Source: Nannocystis bainbridge
GTDB lineage: Bacteria > Myxococcota_A > Polyangia > Nannocystales > Nannocystaceae
Direction: 5' to 3'
Assembly: GCF_028368995.1 (NCBI RefSeq)
Contig: NZ_JAQNDL010000002.1
Location: 96,001 to 160,000 of the forward strand
DNA: 64,000 nt
Shown here in pieces: positions 21,913-30,506 of this stretch. The notes beneath the pieces are model-generated. The model was given only the letters and a program-made list of their open reading frames with translations. It was not told the DNA's origin and did not search any database. The position numbers were made by a program, and so were the translations under genes. Position 1 is the first letter of the stretch. Every line of letters starts with the position of its first letter.

Positions 21913-21995
21913 AATAGGCAAGGGACCGTTTGTGAGATCGGTTGAGTCGGTGCGGGCGGATCCGCTCGGCCGGCGCTTGCGATCGGATCGGTGTT

Positions 21996-22012
21996 CGTTC
22001 AATGATTGAACG
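21996..22012. promoter_or_regulatory. Perfect 8-1-8 inverted repeat at the MFS start, candidate HxlR operator
   Basis: CGTTCAAT-G-ATTGAACG. Confidence 0.6.
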
Positions 22013-22013
22013 C

Positions 22014-23378
22014 ATGCATGTTCGCCTGTCGCCGTTGGTCGTGGCCAGCCTCGCCGTGTTCGCGGTGTTCCTCGACACGACGGTCCTGTTCGTGGCGTTC
22101 CCGTCGATCGTGGCGTCGTTCCCGGCGGTGCCGACGGCCGAGCTGTCGTGGGTGCTGAACGCGTACACGATCGTGTTCGCGGCTGCGCTGGTGCCGTTCG
22201 GGCGGCTGGCCGATCGCTGGGGTCATCGGGCGACGTTCCTCGCGGGCTCGGTCGCGTTCACGCTGGCGTCGCTGCTGTGCGCGGCGGCGCCGACACCGGG
22301 GCTGCTGGTGGCCGCGCGCGTGCTGCAGGCGGCCGGCGGCGCGGCGCTGGTGCCGTCGTCGCTGGCGCTGGTGATGCGGGCGACGCCGCGCGAGCAGCTG
22401 CCGGTGGCGCTGGCGGTGTGGGGCGCGACGGGGGCGGTGGCGGGGGCGGTCGGGCCGACGCTCGGCGCTGCGCTGATCGAGGCGTGCGGCTGGCGCTGGG
22501 TGTTCGTCATCAACCTGCCGGTCGGGCTGGTGACGGTGCTGCTCGGCCGTCGGCGGCTGGCCGAGTCGCGCGACCCGGACAGCGTGCTGCCGGCGCCGCT
22601 CGGGGTGGTGCTGCTGGTGTCCGCGGCGGTGCTGGTGACGCTGGCGCTGGTGCTCGGGGAGGCGTGGGGCTGGACGTCGCGGAGGACGATGGCGACGCTG
22701 GTGGCCGGGCTGGCGACGCTGGCGGCGTTCGTGATCCATCAGGCGCGCACGCGGGCGCCGACGATCGATCCGTCGCTGTTCGCGTCCCGCAACTTCCGCT
22801 GGGCCAACGCGGCGACGTTGACCTTCGGCGCGGCGTTCACGGCGATGTTCCTGGCCAGCGTCCTGTTCCTCACCGCGGTGTGGGGCTGGTCGATCCTCGC
22901 GGCGGGCTTCGGCGTCGCGCCCGGGCCGCTGCTGGTGGCCGTGATGTCGCCGCGGTTCGGGCGGCTGGCGGCGCGGATCGGCCAGCGGCCGCTGCTGATC
23001 GCCGGCGGGCTGGCGTTCGCGCTCGGCGGGCTGTGGCGCCTGGTGATGCTGTCGGCCGAGGTCGACTACGCGGTCGACTACCTGCCGTCGATGCTGCTGA
23101 CGGGGACGGGGGTGGCGCTGTGCCTGCCGCAGCTGTCGAGCGTGGTCGGCCAGGCGCTGCCGGCCAACCGGCTCGGGGTCGGCGGGGCGGTGCATCAGGC
23201 GCTGCGCCAGTTCGCGGGGACGCTCGGGGTGGCGCTGGCGATCGGGCTGACGGCCGGGGCGAGCGGACCGACCGACGCGCTGGCGCGGTTCGATCAGGTG
23301 TGGTGGGTGCTGATCGCGGGCGGGGTGGCGACGGCGCTGTGCTCGCTGCCCCTTCGGACAGGTCCGGCCCGGCCGTGA
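22014..23378 (+). CDS. MFS efflux transporter, DHA2 (EmrB/QacA-like)
   Basis: LDTTVLFVAFPSI, SWVLNAYT, GRLADRWG, ARVLQAAGGA, WRWVFVINLPVG; ~14 TM. Confidence 0.92.
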   Translation: MHVRLSPLVVASLAVFAVFLDTTVLFVAFPSIVASFPAVPTAELSWVLNAYTIVFAAALVPFGRLADRWGHRATFLAGSVAFTLASLLCAAAPTPGLLVAARVLQAAGGAALVPSSLALVMRATPREQLPVALAVWGATGAVAGAVGPTLGAALIEACGWRWVFVINLPVGLVTVLLGRRRLAESRDPDSVLPAPLGVVLLVSAAVLVTLALVLGEAWGWTSRRTMATLVAGLATLAAFVIHQARTRAPTIDPSLFASRNFRWANAATLTFGAAFTAMFLASVLFLTAVWGWSILAAGFGVAPGPLLVAVMSPRFGRLAARIGQRPLLIAGGLAFALGGLWRLVMLSAEVDYAVDYLPSMLLTGTGVALCLPQLSSVVGQALPANRLGVGGAVHQALRQFAGTLGVALAIGLTAGASGPTDALARFDQVWWVLIAGGVATALCSLPLRTGPARP

Positions 23379-23391
23379 TACAAGGTGCCCC

Positions 23392-23847
23392 GTGCGGCGC
23401 AAGCGGCTCGACCGGATGCAGTGCTCGATCGCGCGGGCGCTCGATGTCGTCGGCGATCCGTGGACGCTGCTGCTCGTGCGCGACGCGCTGCTCGGGGTGA
23501 CCCGCTTCGAGGCGTTCCAGGCGCGGCTGCAGATCCCGCGGGCCACGCTGACGGCCCGGCTGGAGCACCTGGTCCGCGCCGGGATCCTGGAGCGCCGGTC
23601 CTACCAGGACCACCCGCCGCGCGAGGAGTACGTGCCGACGGCGAAGGGCCGCGGGCTGCGGCCGGTGATCATCACGCTGATGCAGTGGGGCGACGAGTTC
23701 GCCCGCGACGATCCGCCGCCGACCGTCCTCGAGGACGCGAGCACGGGGCTGCCGATCGAGCCGACCCTGGTCGACCGCGTCAGCGGGGCGCCGCTCACGG
23801 CGCTGCGCGTGCGCGCGGTCGGACCGCTGGTGCCGCGGCGGGGCTGA
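23392..23847 (+). CDS. HxlR-family winged-HTH regulator
   Basis: CSIARALDVVGDPWTLLLVRDA..G.TRF; YQDHPPREEY..TAKG. Confidence 0.92.
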   Translation: MRRKRLDRMQCSIARALDVVGDPWTLLLVRDALLGVTRFEAFQARLQIPRATLTARLEHLVRAGILERRSYQDHPPREEYVPTAKGRGLRPVIITLMQWGDEFARDDPPPTVLEDASTGLPIEPTLVDRVSGAPLTALRVRAVGPLVPRRG

Positions 23848-23855
23848 TGGGAGCG

Positions 23856-23921
23856 AGACATGCTCGATGGGGCATGTCTGTCGGGACATGAACGATGGGG
23901 CATGTCGAAGAGGACATGCCC
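23856..23921. repeat. 14-bp-phased array (5 units) between convergent genes
   Basis: CATG cores at 23859, 23873, 23887, 23901, 23915. Confidence 0.85.
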
Positions 23922-23925
23922 GAGG

Positions 23926-24714
23926 TCAGTGGACAGACAGCTCGCGGCCGCGCCAGCGGCGGAGGGCGAGCTCGCCGAGCAGGGCGACGGCGCCGAACAG
24001 GACCAGGCCGAGCAGGGTGGCGGCGAAGATCGCGGCGAACAGGTAGGCCGTCTGCAGGCGGCCGCTGGTCTGGAGGATCAGGGCGCCGAGGCCGAGGTCG
24101 TCGGCCCCGAAGCCGGCGAAGAACTCGCCGACGATGGCGCCGATGACGGCGAGGCCGCCGCTGATCTTGGCGCCGGCGACGAAGTAGGGCAGCGACCCGG
24201 GCAGCCTGAGCTTGAGCAGCAGCTGCAGGCGCGAGGCGTCGCTCATGGCGAACAGCTCGAGCAGCTGCGGGTCGACGCGCACGAGGCCGGTGGTGCCGTT
24301 GGTGATGATCGGGAAGACGCTGAGGATCGCGGCGGTGAGGATGACGCTCTGCAGGCCGGTGCCGAACCACACGACGATCAGCGGGGCGACGGCGACGATC
24401 GGGACGGTCTGCAGGAAGATGGCGTAGGGGTAGAGGCTGCGCGCCGCGGTCCGCGACTGCGAGAAGAGGACGGCGACCAGGCCGCCGACGAGGAGGCTGG
24501 CCCCGAGCCCGCCGAGCGCGCCGATGGCGGTGAGCAGCGCGGCCTGGGCCAGCTCGCCGGCGTGCTCGACGGCCTGGCGCGCGACCTCGGCCGGGGTGGG
24601 CACGAGGTAGGTCGGCAGGGCCAGCGCAGCGCAGGCGAGCTGCCACAGGCCGAGGAAGCCGAGGAAGACGAGGAGCGGCGGATACGCGGCGCGAGCGGCC
24701 GATGCGAGCTTCAT
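23926..24714 (-). CDS. ABC transporter permease (SsuC/TauC-like)
   Basis: LQTVPIVAVAPL..WFG, KLRLPGSLPY, AVIGAIVGEF, GLG. Confidence 0.92.
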   Translation of the reverse strand: MKLASAARAAYPPLLVFLGFLGLWQLACAALALPTYLVPTPAEVARQAVEHAGELAQAALLTAIGALGGLGASLLVGGLVAVLFSQSRTAARSLYPYAIFLQTVPIVAVAPLIVVWFGTGLQSVILTAAILSVFPIITNGTTGLVRVDPQLLELFAMSDASRLQLLLKLRLPGSLPYFVAGAKISGGLAVIGAIVGEFFAGFGADDLGLGALILQTSGRLQTAYLFAAIFAATLLGLVLFGAVALLGELALRRWRGRELSVH

Positions 24715-24799
24715 GCGGGGGACGGCGGGAAGAGCGGGCTAGACGAGCGGAGGAGGGGACCGGAGGGCAAGGCGAGAAGGAGATCGTAACAGGTCTGAA

Positions 24800-24891
24800 G
24801 GACAGGTCTAAAGGGACAGGCTCGATCGGACAGGTTCGAAAGCACAGGTCCCGAGGGTCAGGTCCGAACGGACAGGTCCGATGGGTCAGGT
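24800..24891. repeat. 14-bp-phased array (7 units, GGACAGGTCC-type)
   Basis: CAGG cores at 24803, 24817, 24831, 24845, 24859, 24873, 24887. Confidence 0.88.
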
Positions 24892-25664
24892 GGTGCGGCG
24901 GCGCGCAGGCGGGCGCGGACCTCGGCGGCGACGGCGGCGAACTCGGGGCTGCCGACCAGCGCGGCGCGGCGCGGGCGGGGCAGCTCGACGCGGATGTCGG
25001 CGACGATCCGGCCGGGGCGGGCCGAGAGCACGAGGACGCGGTCGCCGAGCAGGACGGCCTCGGCGACGCTGTGGGTGACGGCGAGGGCGGTGAAGCGGTC
25101 GCGCTCCCACAGGCGCAGCAGCTCGTCGTTGAGGCGCTCGCGGGTGAGCTCGTCGAGGGCGCCGAACGGCTCGTCGAGCAGCAGCAGCTCGGGCCGGCCG
25201 ACGAGCGCGCGCGCGAGCGAGGCCCGCATCTTCATGCCGCCCGAGAGCGCGGAGGGGGCGGCGGCGGCGAATTCGGAGAGGCCGACGAGGGCGAGCGCGG
25301 CGTCGGCGGCGAGGTCCTGCTCGGCCCGGGGGACGCGCGCGAGCTCGAGCGGGAGGCGGACGTTGGCGTGCAGGCTGCGCCACGGCAGCAAGGTCGGGTC
25401 CTGAAACACGAAGGCGACGGCGCGGCGAGCCCGGGCGCGCTCGGGGGGCTCGCCGGCGACGGTCAGGAGGCCGGCGCTGGCGGGCGCGAGGCCGGCGGCG
25501 ACGCGCAGGAGGGTCGACTTGCCGCAGCCGGAGGGGCCGATGATGGCGAGCAGCTCGCCGCGGCGGACGACGAGGTCGAGGTCGCTCAGGGCCTGGACGC
25601 CGCCGGGGAAGCGCACGCCGAGGCCGCGGGCCTCGAGGTGGGGGGCTGGGACCGGCTCGGTCAC
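24858..25664 (-). CDS. ABC transporter ATP-binding protein (SsuB/TauB-like)
   Basis: GPSGCGKST, VFQDPTLLPW, LSGGMKMR, LLLDEPFGALD, VTH; GTG start at 25664 inferred. Confidence 0.92.
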   Translation of the reverse strand: MTEPVPAPHLEARGLGVRFPGGVQALSDLDLVVRRGELLAIIGPSGCGKSTLLRVAAGLAPASAGLLTVAGEPPERARARRAVAFVFQDPTLLPWRSLHANVRLPLELARVPRAEQDLAADAALALVGLSEFAAAAPSALSGGMKMRASLARALVGRPELLLLDEPFGALDELTRERLNDELLRLWERDRFTALAVTHSVAEAVLLGDRVLVLSARPGRIVADIRVELPRPRRAALVGSPEFAAVAAEVRARLRAAAPPDPSDLSVRT

Positions 25665-25980
25665 GCGGCGGACGCTAACACAGGCGCGGACGCGCTGCGC
25701 GGGCGCTGGGGCTTCGAGGCCGCGGCCCGGGCGGAGGGAGCGAAGACCGACGGTGAGGTCGAGGTCGGTCGCTGCGGGGGCTCCGAGGTTGCGCGAGATG
25801 CACGACGTGGGGTTCGGGGGTGCTTCGCTAGCGACCTGTCTCGAGGGACAGCTCGATCGAGCGCTCGCGTCCGATCGAGCGCCGCGTGACGAGGGGCCGG
25901 GCGCGTGAGACTGTGACCGTCGGGCGGCGCGCGGACGCCCTGCGGAGGACGGGGCCCGCGACGGGGCAGGAAGTTGGCGG

Positions 25981-27606
25981 ATGGTGACGAATCCACCTGA
26001 AGACATCACCGAGACGGTGCTCGAGGGCCGCTACCGGGTGCTGCAGCAGATCGGCCACGGCGGGATGAGCAGCGTGTACGCCGGCGAGGACACGCGGCTG
26101 CGGCGGCGCTGCGCGATCAAGGTGCTGAGCCCGCGGCTGGCGGCGGAGCCGGAGCACGTCGAACGCTTCCTGCGCGAGGCGCAGATGATCGCGTCGCTGC
26201 AGCACCCGAACATCGTCGACATCTATTCGTACGGCGAGGATCCAGCAGGGTGGGTGTATTTCGTGATGGAGCTGCTGACCGGCGAGGACCTCGATTCGCG
26301 GCTGCAGGCGCGCGCGGAGCGGCCGTTCGGGGTGGCGCATTGCTGCCTGTGGGCGCTGCAGGTGGCGGAGGCGGTGGCGGTGGTCCACGAGGCGGGGCTG
26401 GTGCACCGCGACCTCAAGGCCGCGAACGTGTTCCTGGCCCGGCGACGCGACGGGACCGAGGTGTGCAAGCTGCTCGACTTCGGCATCGCGCGGGTGGAGG
26501 ACGGGCCGAAGCTGACGCGCACGGGCGTGACGCTGGGGACGCCGAGCTACATGTCGCCGGAGCAGGTCCGCAACGATCGCCTCGACGGCCGCAGCGATGT
26601 CTATTCGTTCGGGGTGCTGCTGTTCAAGCTGCTGACGGGGCGAGTGCCGTTCGTCGGCGCGCCGATGCAGGTGGCGATGGCGCAGTGCGAGTCGCCGCCG
26701 CCGCGGCCGACGACGCTGGCGAGCGGCATCCCGCCGAACCTCGAGGACATCGTGCTGACGGCCCTGGCCAAGCGGCCCGAGGAGCGGTTCCAGTCGATGC
26801 GCGCGCTGGCGTCGGCGCTGCGCTCGGTGCTGGCCGAGGAGGCGCCCGAGCTGGCAGGGGCCCTGCAATCGGCGGTGAGCGTGACGCTGGCGGGTGAGAG
26901 CGCGCGGGCGGTGCAGGCGGCGACGGCGACGCTGCAGGACGGGCCGACGCCGGGGTCGCCAGCGCGCCAAGGGAGCATGACGGCGGCGATGTCACCGCGC
27001 GGGCGCATGCGGCCCCTGCTGTGGGTGACGGCGAGCGTGGGGGTGGCGACGGTGGCGGTGCTGGTGACGGCGGCGCTGCGCGCTCGAGCGGTGGTGGCGG
27101 AGCCGGGGCCTGCGGAGGCCGGGTCCATCGTCGAGGCGCCGCGGGAGCCGTCAACGGCTGCGAGCGCCGTGCCGGCGATCCACATGCCGCGAGTATCGCC
27201 GACGGATCCGGGCGCCGCGCCGGTGCCGGCCGAGGCGCCGGCTGAGCCGCAGAACTCCGCCACCGCGATCGAGCGCGAAGGGCCGCAGGAGCCACCGCCG
27301 AATTTCGAAGAGGCCTTGCCGCCGCTGTCGCCCGAGCTGCCCGCGTCGCGCGAGGCGACGGGGCAGCCGTCGCGGCCGGCCTCCGATCCGCTGCGGCAGA
27401 TCGAGGTCGCGGCGAAGAAATGTCGCAAGAAGCACAAGGCGGTCGGGGGGCCGAAGATCGAGGTCGACTACGCGGTCGGATCGAGCGGCGAGGTGATTCG
27501 CGCCGTGCCTGCGACCGCCGATCCGCTGGGCCGTTGTCTGGCTGATGCGGTGCGGGCGACCCGGTTCGCCGCCAAGATCGTGCTGGGTCGCAAGGTCTCG
27601 CTGTGA
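25981..27606 (+). CDS. Ser/Thr kinase with TM, Pro-rich linker and C-terminal 2-Cys TonB-C-like domain
   Basis: GHGGMSSVY, CAIK, HRDLKAAN, DFG, GTPSYMSPE; TM LLWVTASVGVATVAVLV; C-terminal KCRKKHKAVGGPKIEVDYAVG...LGRCLADAV. Confidence 0.92.
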   Translation: MVTNPPEDITETVLEGRYRVLQQIGHGGMSSVYAGEDTRLRRRCAIKVLSPRLAAEPEHVERFLREAQMIASLQHPNIVDIYSYGEDPAGWVYFVMELLTGEDLDSRLQARAERPFGVAHCCLWALQVAEAVAVVHEAGLVHRDLKAANVFLARRRDGTEVCKLLDFGIARVEDGPKLTRTGVTLGTPSYMSPEQVRNDRLDGRSDVYSFGVLLFKLLTGRVPFVGAPMQVAMAQCESPPPRPTTLASGIPPNLEDIVLTALAKRPEERFQSMRALASALRSVLAEEAPELAGALQSAVSVTLAGESARAVQAATATLQDGPTPGSPARQGSMTAAMSPRGRMRPLLWVTASVGVATVAVLVTAALRARAVVAEPGPAEAGSIVEAPREPSTAASAVPAIHMPRVSPTDPGAAPVPAEAPAEPQNSATAIEREGPQEPPPNFEEALPPLSPELPASREATGQPSRPASDPLRQIEVAAKKCRKKHKAVGGPKIEVDYAVGSSGEVIRAVPATADPLGRCLADAVRATRFAAKIVLGRKVSL

Positions 27607-27899
27607 CGCGCGTCGCTGCGGGTCCGCGAGGGTCGACGCGAGCGGAGCGCGGGGTCCTCGCGCGCGCGCGTCGGCGCGAACAGGGCCGGCGTCGCTGTCG
27701 CCGCGAGCGCGGCGATGCGGGCTGCACCGCCACGATCGGCCGCGTCGTGGCAGCACGCAGGGCACGGGCGTGTCCGCGCGATCGGGACGTGGATCGGCGG
27801 TAGCACGATTTTCGCGAGTGGGTCGCGCGGCCCGGCGATCGGCGAGGCCGCGTGTGGGTGGAGAGTGGTGGCTCGGCGGGCCGATGCTACAGACCGGAT

Positions 27900-29516
27900 G
27901 TGACGGACGATGGGGCCGACGATGTCCTCGGATCGCTGCTGGAGGGCCGCTATCGAGTGCTGCGGCGGCTCGGGGGCGCGGGGGTGGGCAGCGTGTTCGT
28001 CGGCGAGGACGAGGTGCTGCGCCGGCGCTGCGCGCTCAAGCTGCTGCACCCGGCGCTGGCCGCCGACGCAGAACGAGCGGCGCGGTTCCTGCGTGAGGCG
28101 CAGACGATCGCGGCGCTCGATCACCCGAACATCGTCGACATCCATTCGTACGGCCAGGACCCGCGCGGCACCGTCTACTTCGTGATGGAGCTGCTCGCGG
28201 GCGAGGACCTCGATGCGCGCCTGCGCGACCGCGCGGCCAGGCCGGTCACGGTGCGCGACGCGTGCCGGTGGGGCCTGCAGATCGCCGCGGCGATGGCGGT
28301 GGTCCACGAGGCCGGGTTCGTGCACCGCGACCTCGAGGCGTCGAACGTGTTCCTGGCCCGCCGCCGCGACGGCAAGCAGGTGTGCAAGCTGCTCGATTTC
28401 GGCATCGCCCGCGCGGTCGAGCGCTCGGAGCTGACGCGCGCGGGGGTGCGGCTGGGGACGCCGGGCTCGATGTCGCCGGAGCAGATCCGCGGCGAGCAGC
28501 TCGACGGTCGCAGCGACGTGTACGCGTTCGGGGTGCTGCTGTTCAAGCTGCTGACCGGGCGGCTGCCGTTCGCCGGGGATGCGCTGGCCGTGGCGCATCA
28601 GCACTGCGAGGCGCCGGCGCCGGCCCCGTCGTCGCTGGCGCCGACGGCGAACATCTCGCCGCGGCTGGACGCGCTGGTCCTCAAGGCCATGGCCAAGCGG
28701 CCGGCCGATCGGTTTGCGACGATGTCGGCGGTGGCGGCGGCGCTGTGCGTCGTGCTGGACGCGCCGGCCCTCGAGTCGACGGTGCGCGGGGTGGTGCCGG
28801 ACGTGATGGCGGAGATGACGCTGCGCGCGGGGGTGCCGGAGCCGGCGGCGCCACGGGAGATCCGTGGGCGCACCGCGGCGACGGCGTCGATGCGCGTGCC
28901 GACGCCGCGCGGGGTGCAAGGGCTCGGGCTGGCGTTCACGGCGCTGCTGGCGGCGACTTCGCTGGCGGTGCTGCGCGCGAGCGGCGGTGCGGGCGTCGGG
29001 GGCGCGGCGCTCGGGCCGGCGCCGGCCGAGGCTGTTCCTCTGGACCTGTCGCATGGGACGACCGCGGCTTGGGGTGATGCTGTCCCGGGGGACAGGTCGC
29101 GCGGGGCGGCGAGGGGTGATGCTGTCCCGGGGGACAGGTCACGCGAGGCGGGGACCGGAGCGTCGCCTGTCCCGGGGCACAGGTCGACGAAGGTGGCGGC
29201 TGCGCCTGTCCCGGCGGACATGCCCGAGCCGGAGGTCGAGCTGCCGCCGCTCGAGGACGAGTTCGCCGGCGCGCGCGCGAGGCAGCGGGCGGACCGGATC
29301 TTGCGCCGGCTGGAGGCCGAGGCGAGGCGTTGCCGGCAGGTCCACGGCGCGGTCGACGGGCCCGAGATCGAGGTCGACTATACGGTCGGTCCGAACGGGG
29401 CGGTGACGGCGGCGACGGCGGCGACGAGGGACGCGCTCGGGGCGTGTCTGGCGGCGGCGGTGCGACGGACCCGGTTCGCGCCGAGGGCCGCGCCCGGGCG
29501 GAAGATCTGGCTGTGA
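27900..29516 (+). CDS. Tandem paralog kinase with altered catalytic loop (possible pseudokinase)
   Basis: HRDLEASN in place of HRDLKxxN; GTPGSMSPE; same C-terminal domain as 25981-27606; GTG start at 27900 inferred. Confidence 0.85.
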   Translation: MTDDGADDVLGSLLEGRYRVLRRLGGAGVGSVFVGEDEVLRRRCALKLLHPALAADAERAARFLREAQTIAALDHPNIVDIHSYGQDPRGTVYFVMELLAGEDLDARLRDRAARPVTVRDACRWGLQIAAAMAVVHEAGFVHRDLEASNVFLARRRDGKQVCKLLDFGIARAVERSELTRAGVRLGTPGSMSPEQIRGEQLDGRSDVYAFGVLLFKLLTGRLPFAGDALAVAHQHCEAPAPAPSSLAPTANISPRLDALVLKAMAKRPADRFATMSAVAAALCVVLDAPALESTVRGVVPDVMAEMTLRAGVPEPAAPREIRGRTAATASMRVPTPRGVQGLGLAFTALLAATSLAVLRASGGAGVGGAALGPAPAEAVPLDLSHGTTAAWGDAVPGDRSRGAARGDAVPGDRSREAGTGASPVPGHRSTKVAAAPVPADMPEPEVELPPLEDEFAGARARQRADRILRRLEAEARRCRQVHGAVDGPEIEVDYTVGPNGAVTAATAATRDALGACLAAAVRRTRFAPRAAPGRKIWL

Positions 29517-29681
29517 GCCCGGGCCGATCGAGCGCGCTGCCGACGAGAGACCGTCTCGGGGATCGGGTCGTGGGTGACCCGCGGGACCGCCTCGGTCCGC
29601 TCGAGCGCCGCACGCTGCTGCGCCTGCAAGCGTCGCAGAACGAGCGCTGCGCCTCCTGAGCCCGCTCGAGCGGCGCGGGCG

Positions 29682-30431
29682 CTAGGCTCGCCGGCTGCGG
29701 GGCTTGCGGGTGCGGGCGGGCTTGGCCGGGAGGGCCGGGGGCGGCTCGGGTTCGGGCGCCGATTCGCCTGTCTCTGCGGGCATGTCCGTGAGGACCTGTG
29801 CTTCGGGACCGGTCGCTTCGGACATGCCCTCGGCGTCACCCGGGTCGAGGCCGCCGCTGCGGAGGGTGCGGGGCGGCAGCAGCTCGGGCTCGCTGACGAC
29901 CTTCTTGGCCAGGAAGATGGCGGCGTCGATCTGGGAGAAGCTGCGGGCGCGGTAGAACTGGAGCGCGCGCCGGTTGTTGGCGGCGACCTCGAGCACGAGG
30001 TGGGTGCAGCCGCGGACGCGGGCGAGGTGCTCTAACTGCTCGATGACGAAGCTGCCGATCCCGCGGCCCTGGAAGTCGGGGTGGATGGCGATCTCCTCGA
30101 CGAACAGCGGGCGCATGTCGCGGCTCTCGAAGTAGCGCTCGTTGATCCAATTGTCGGAGCCGATGACCTCGTAGGCGCACTCGGCGTAGCCGACGATCAC
30201 AGGGGCTTCGCCCTCGTGGATCTCGAACAGCAGCTGCTCGATGCCCTCCTCCTCGTAGATCTCGAGGAAGCGGGTCTTGGTGCGGGGGCGCTGGTATTCG
30301 ACGGTCTCGCGGTTGACCGAGCGGAACACGCGCTTGAGGAACTCCCACACCTTGTTGAGGTCGCGGCGGTGGATCCGGCGGACACGGATGGTCGGCTCCG
30401 TGACGGCGAGCGCGGGCTTGCGAGAGGCCAC
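29682..30431 (-). CDS. GNAT acetyltransferase with disordered C-tail
   Basis: VEEIAIHPDFQGRGIG, LEVAANNRRALQFYRARSF. Confidence 0.9.
   Translation of the reverse strand: MASRKPALAVTEPTIRVRRIHRRDLNKVWEFLKRVFRSVNRETVEYQRPRTKTRFLEIYEEEGIEQLLFEIHEGEAPVIVGYAECAYEVIGSDNWINERYFESRDMRPLFVEEIAIHPDFQGRGIGSFVIEQLEHLARVRGCTHLVLEVAANNRRALQFYRARSFSQIDAAIFLAKKVVSEPELLPPRTLRSGGLDPGDAEGMSEATGPEAQVLTDMPAETGESAPEPEPPPALPAKPARTRKPRSRRA
29764..29829. repeat. 14-bp-phased array (5 units) inside the GNAT C-tail
   Basis: Cores CCTG 29767, CATG 29781, CCTG 29795, CCGG 29809, CATG 29823. Confidence 0.75.
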
Positions 30432-30506
30432 GGCCGGAGTCTAGCACCGGCCGGCGGGCGCTCGTCCGGCTTGCGGGGCCGCACGCGCGCGTGGCATGCT
30501 CGGCCG

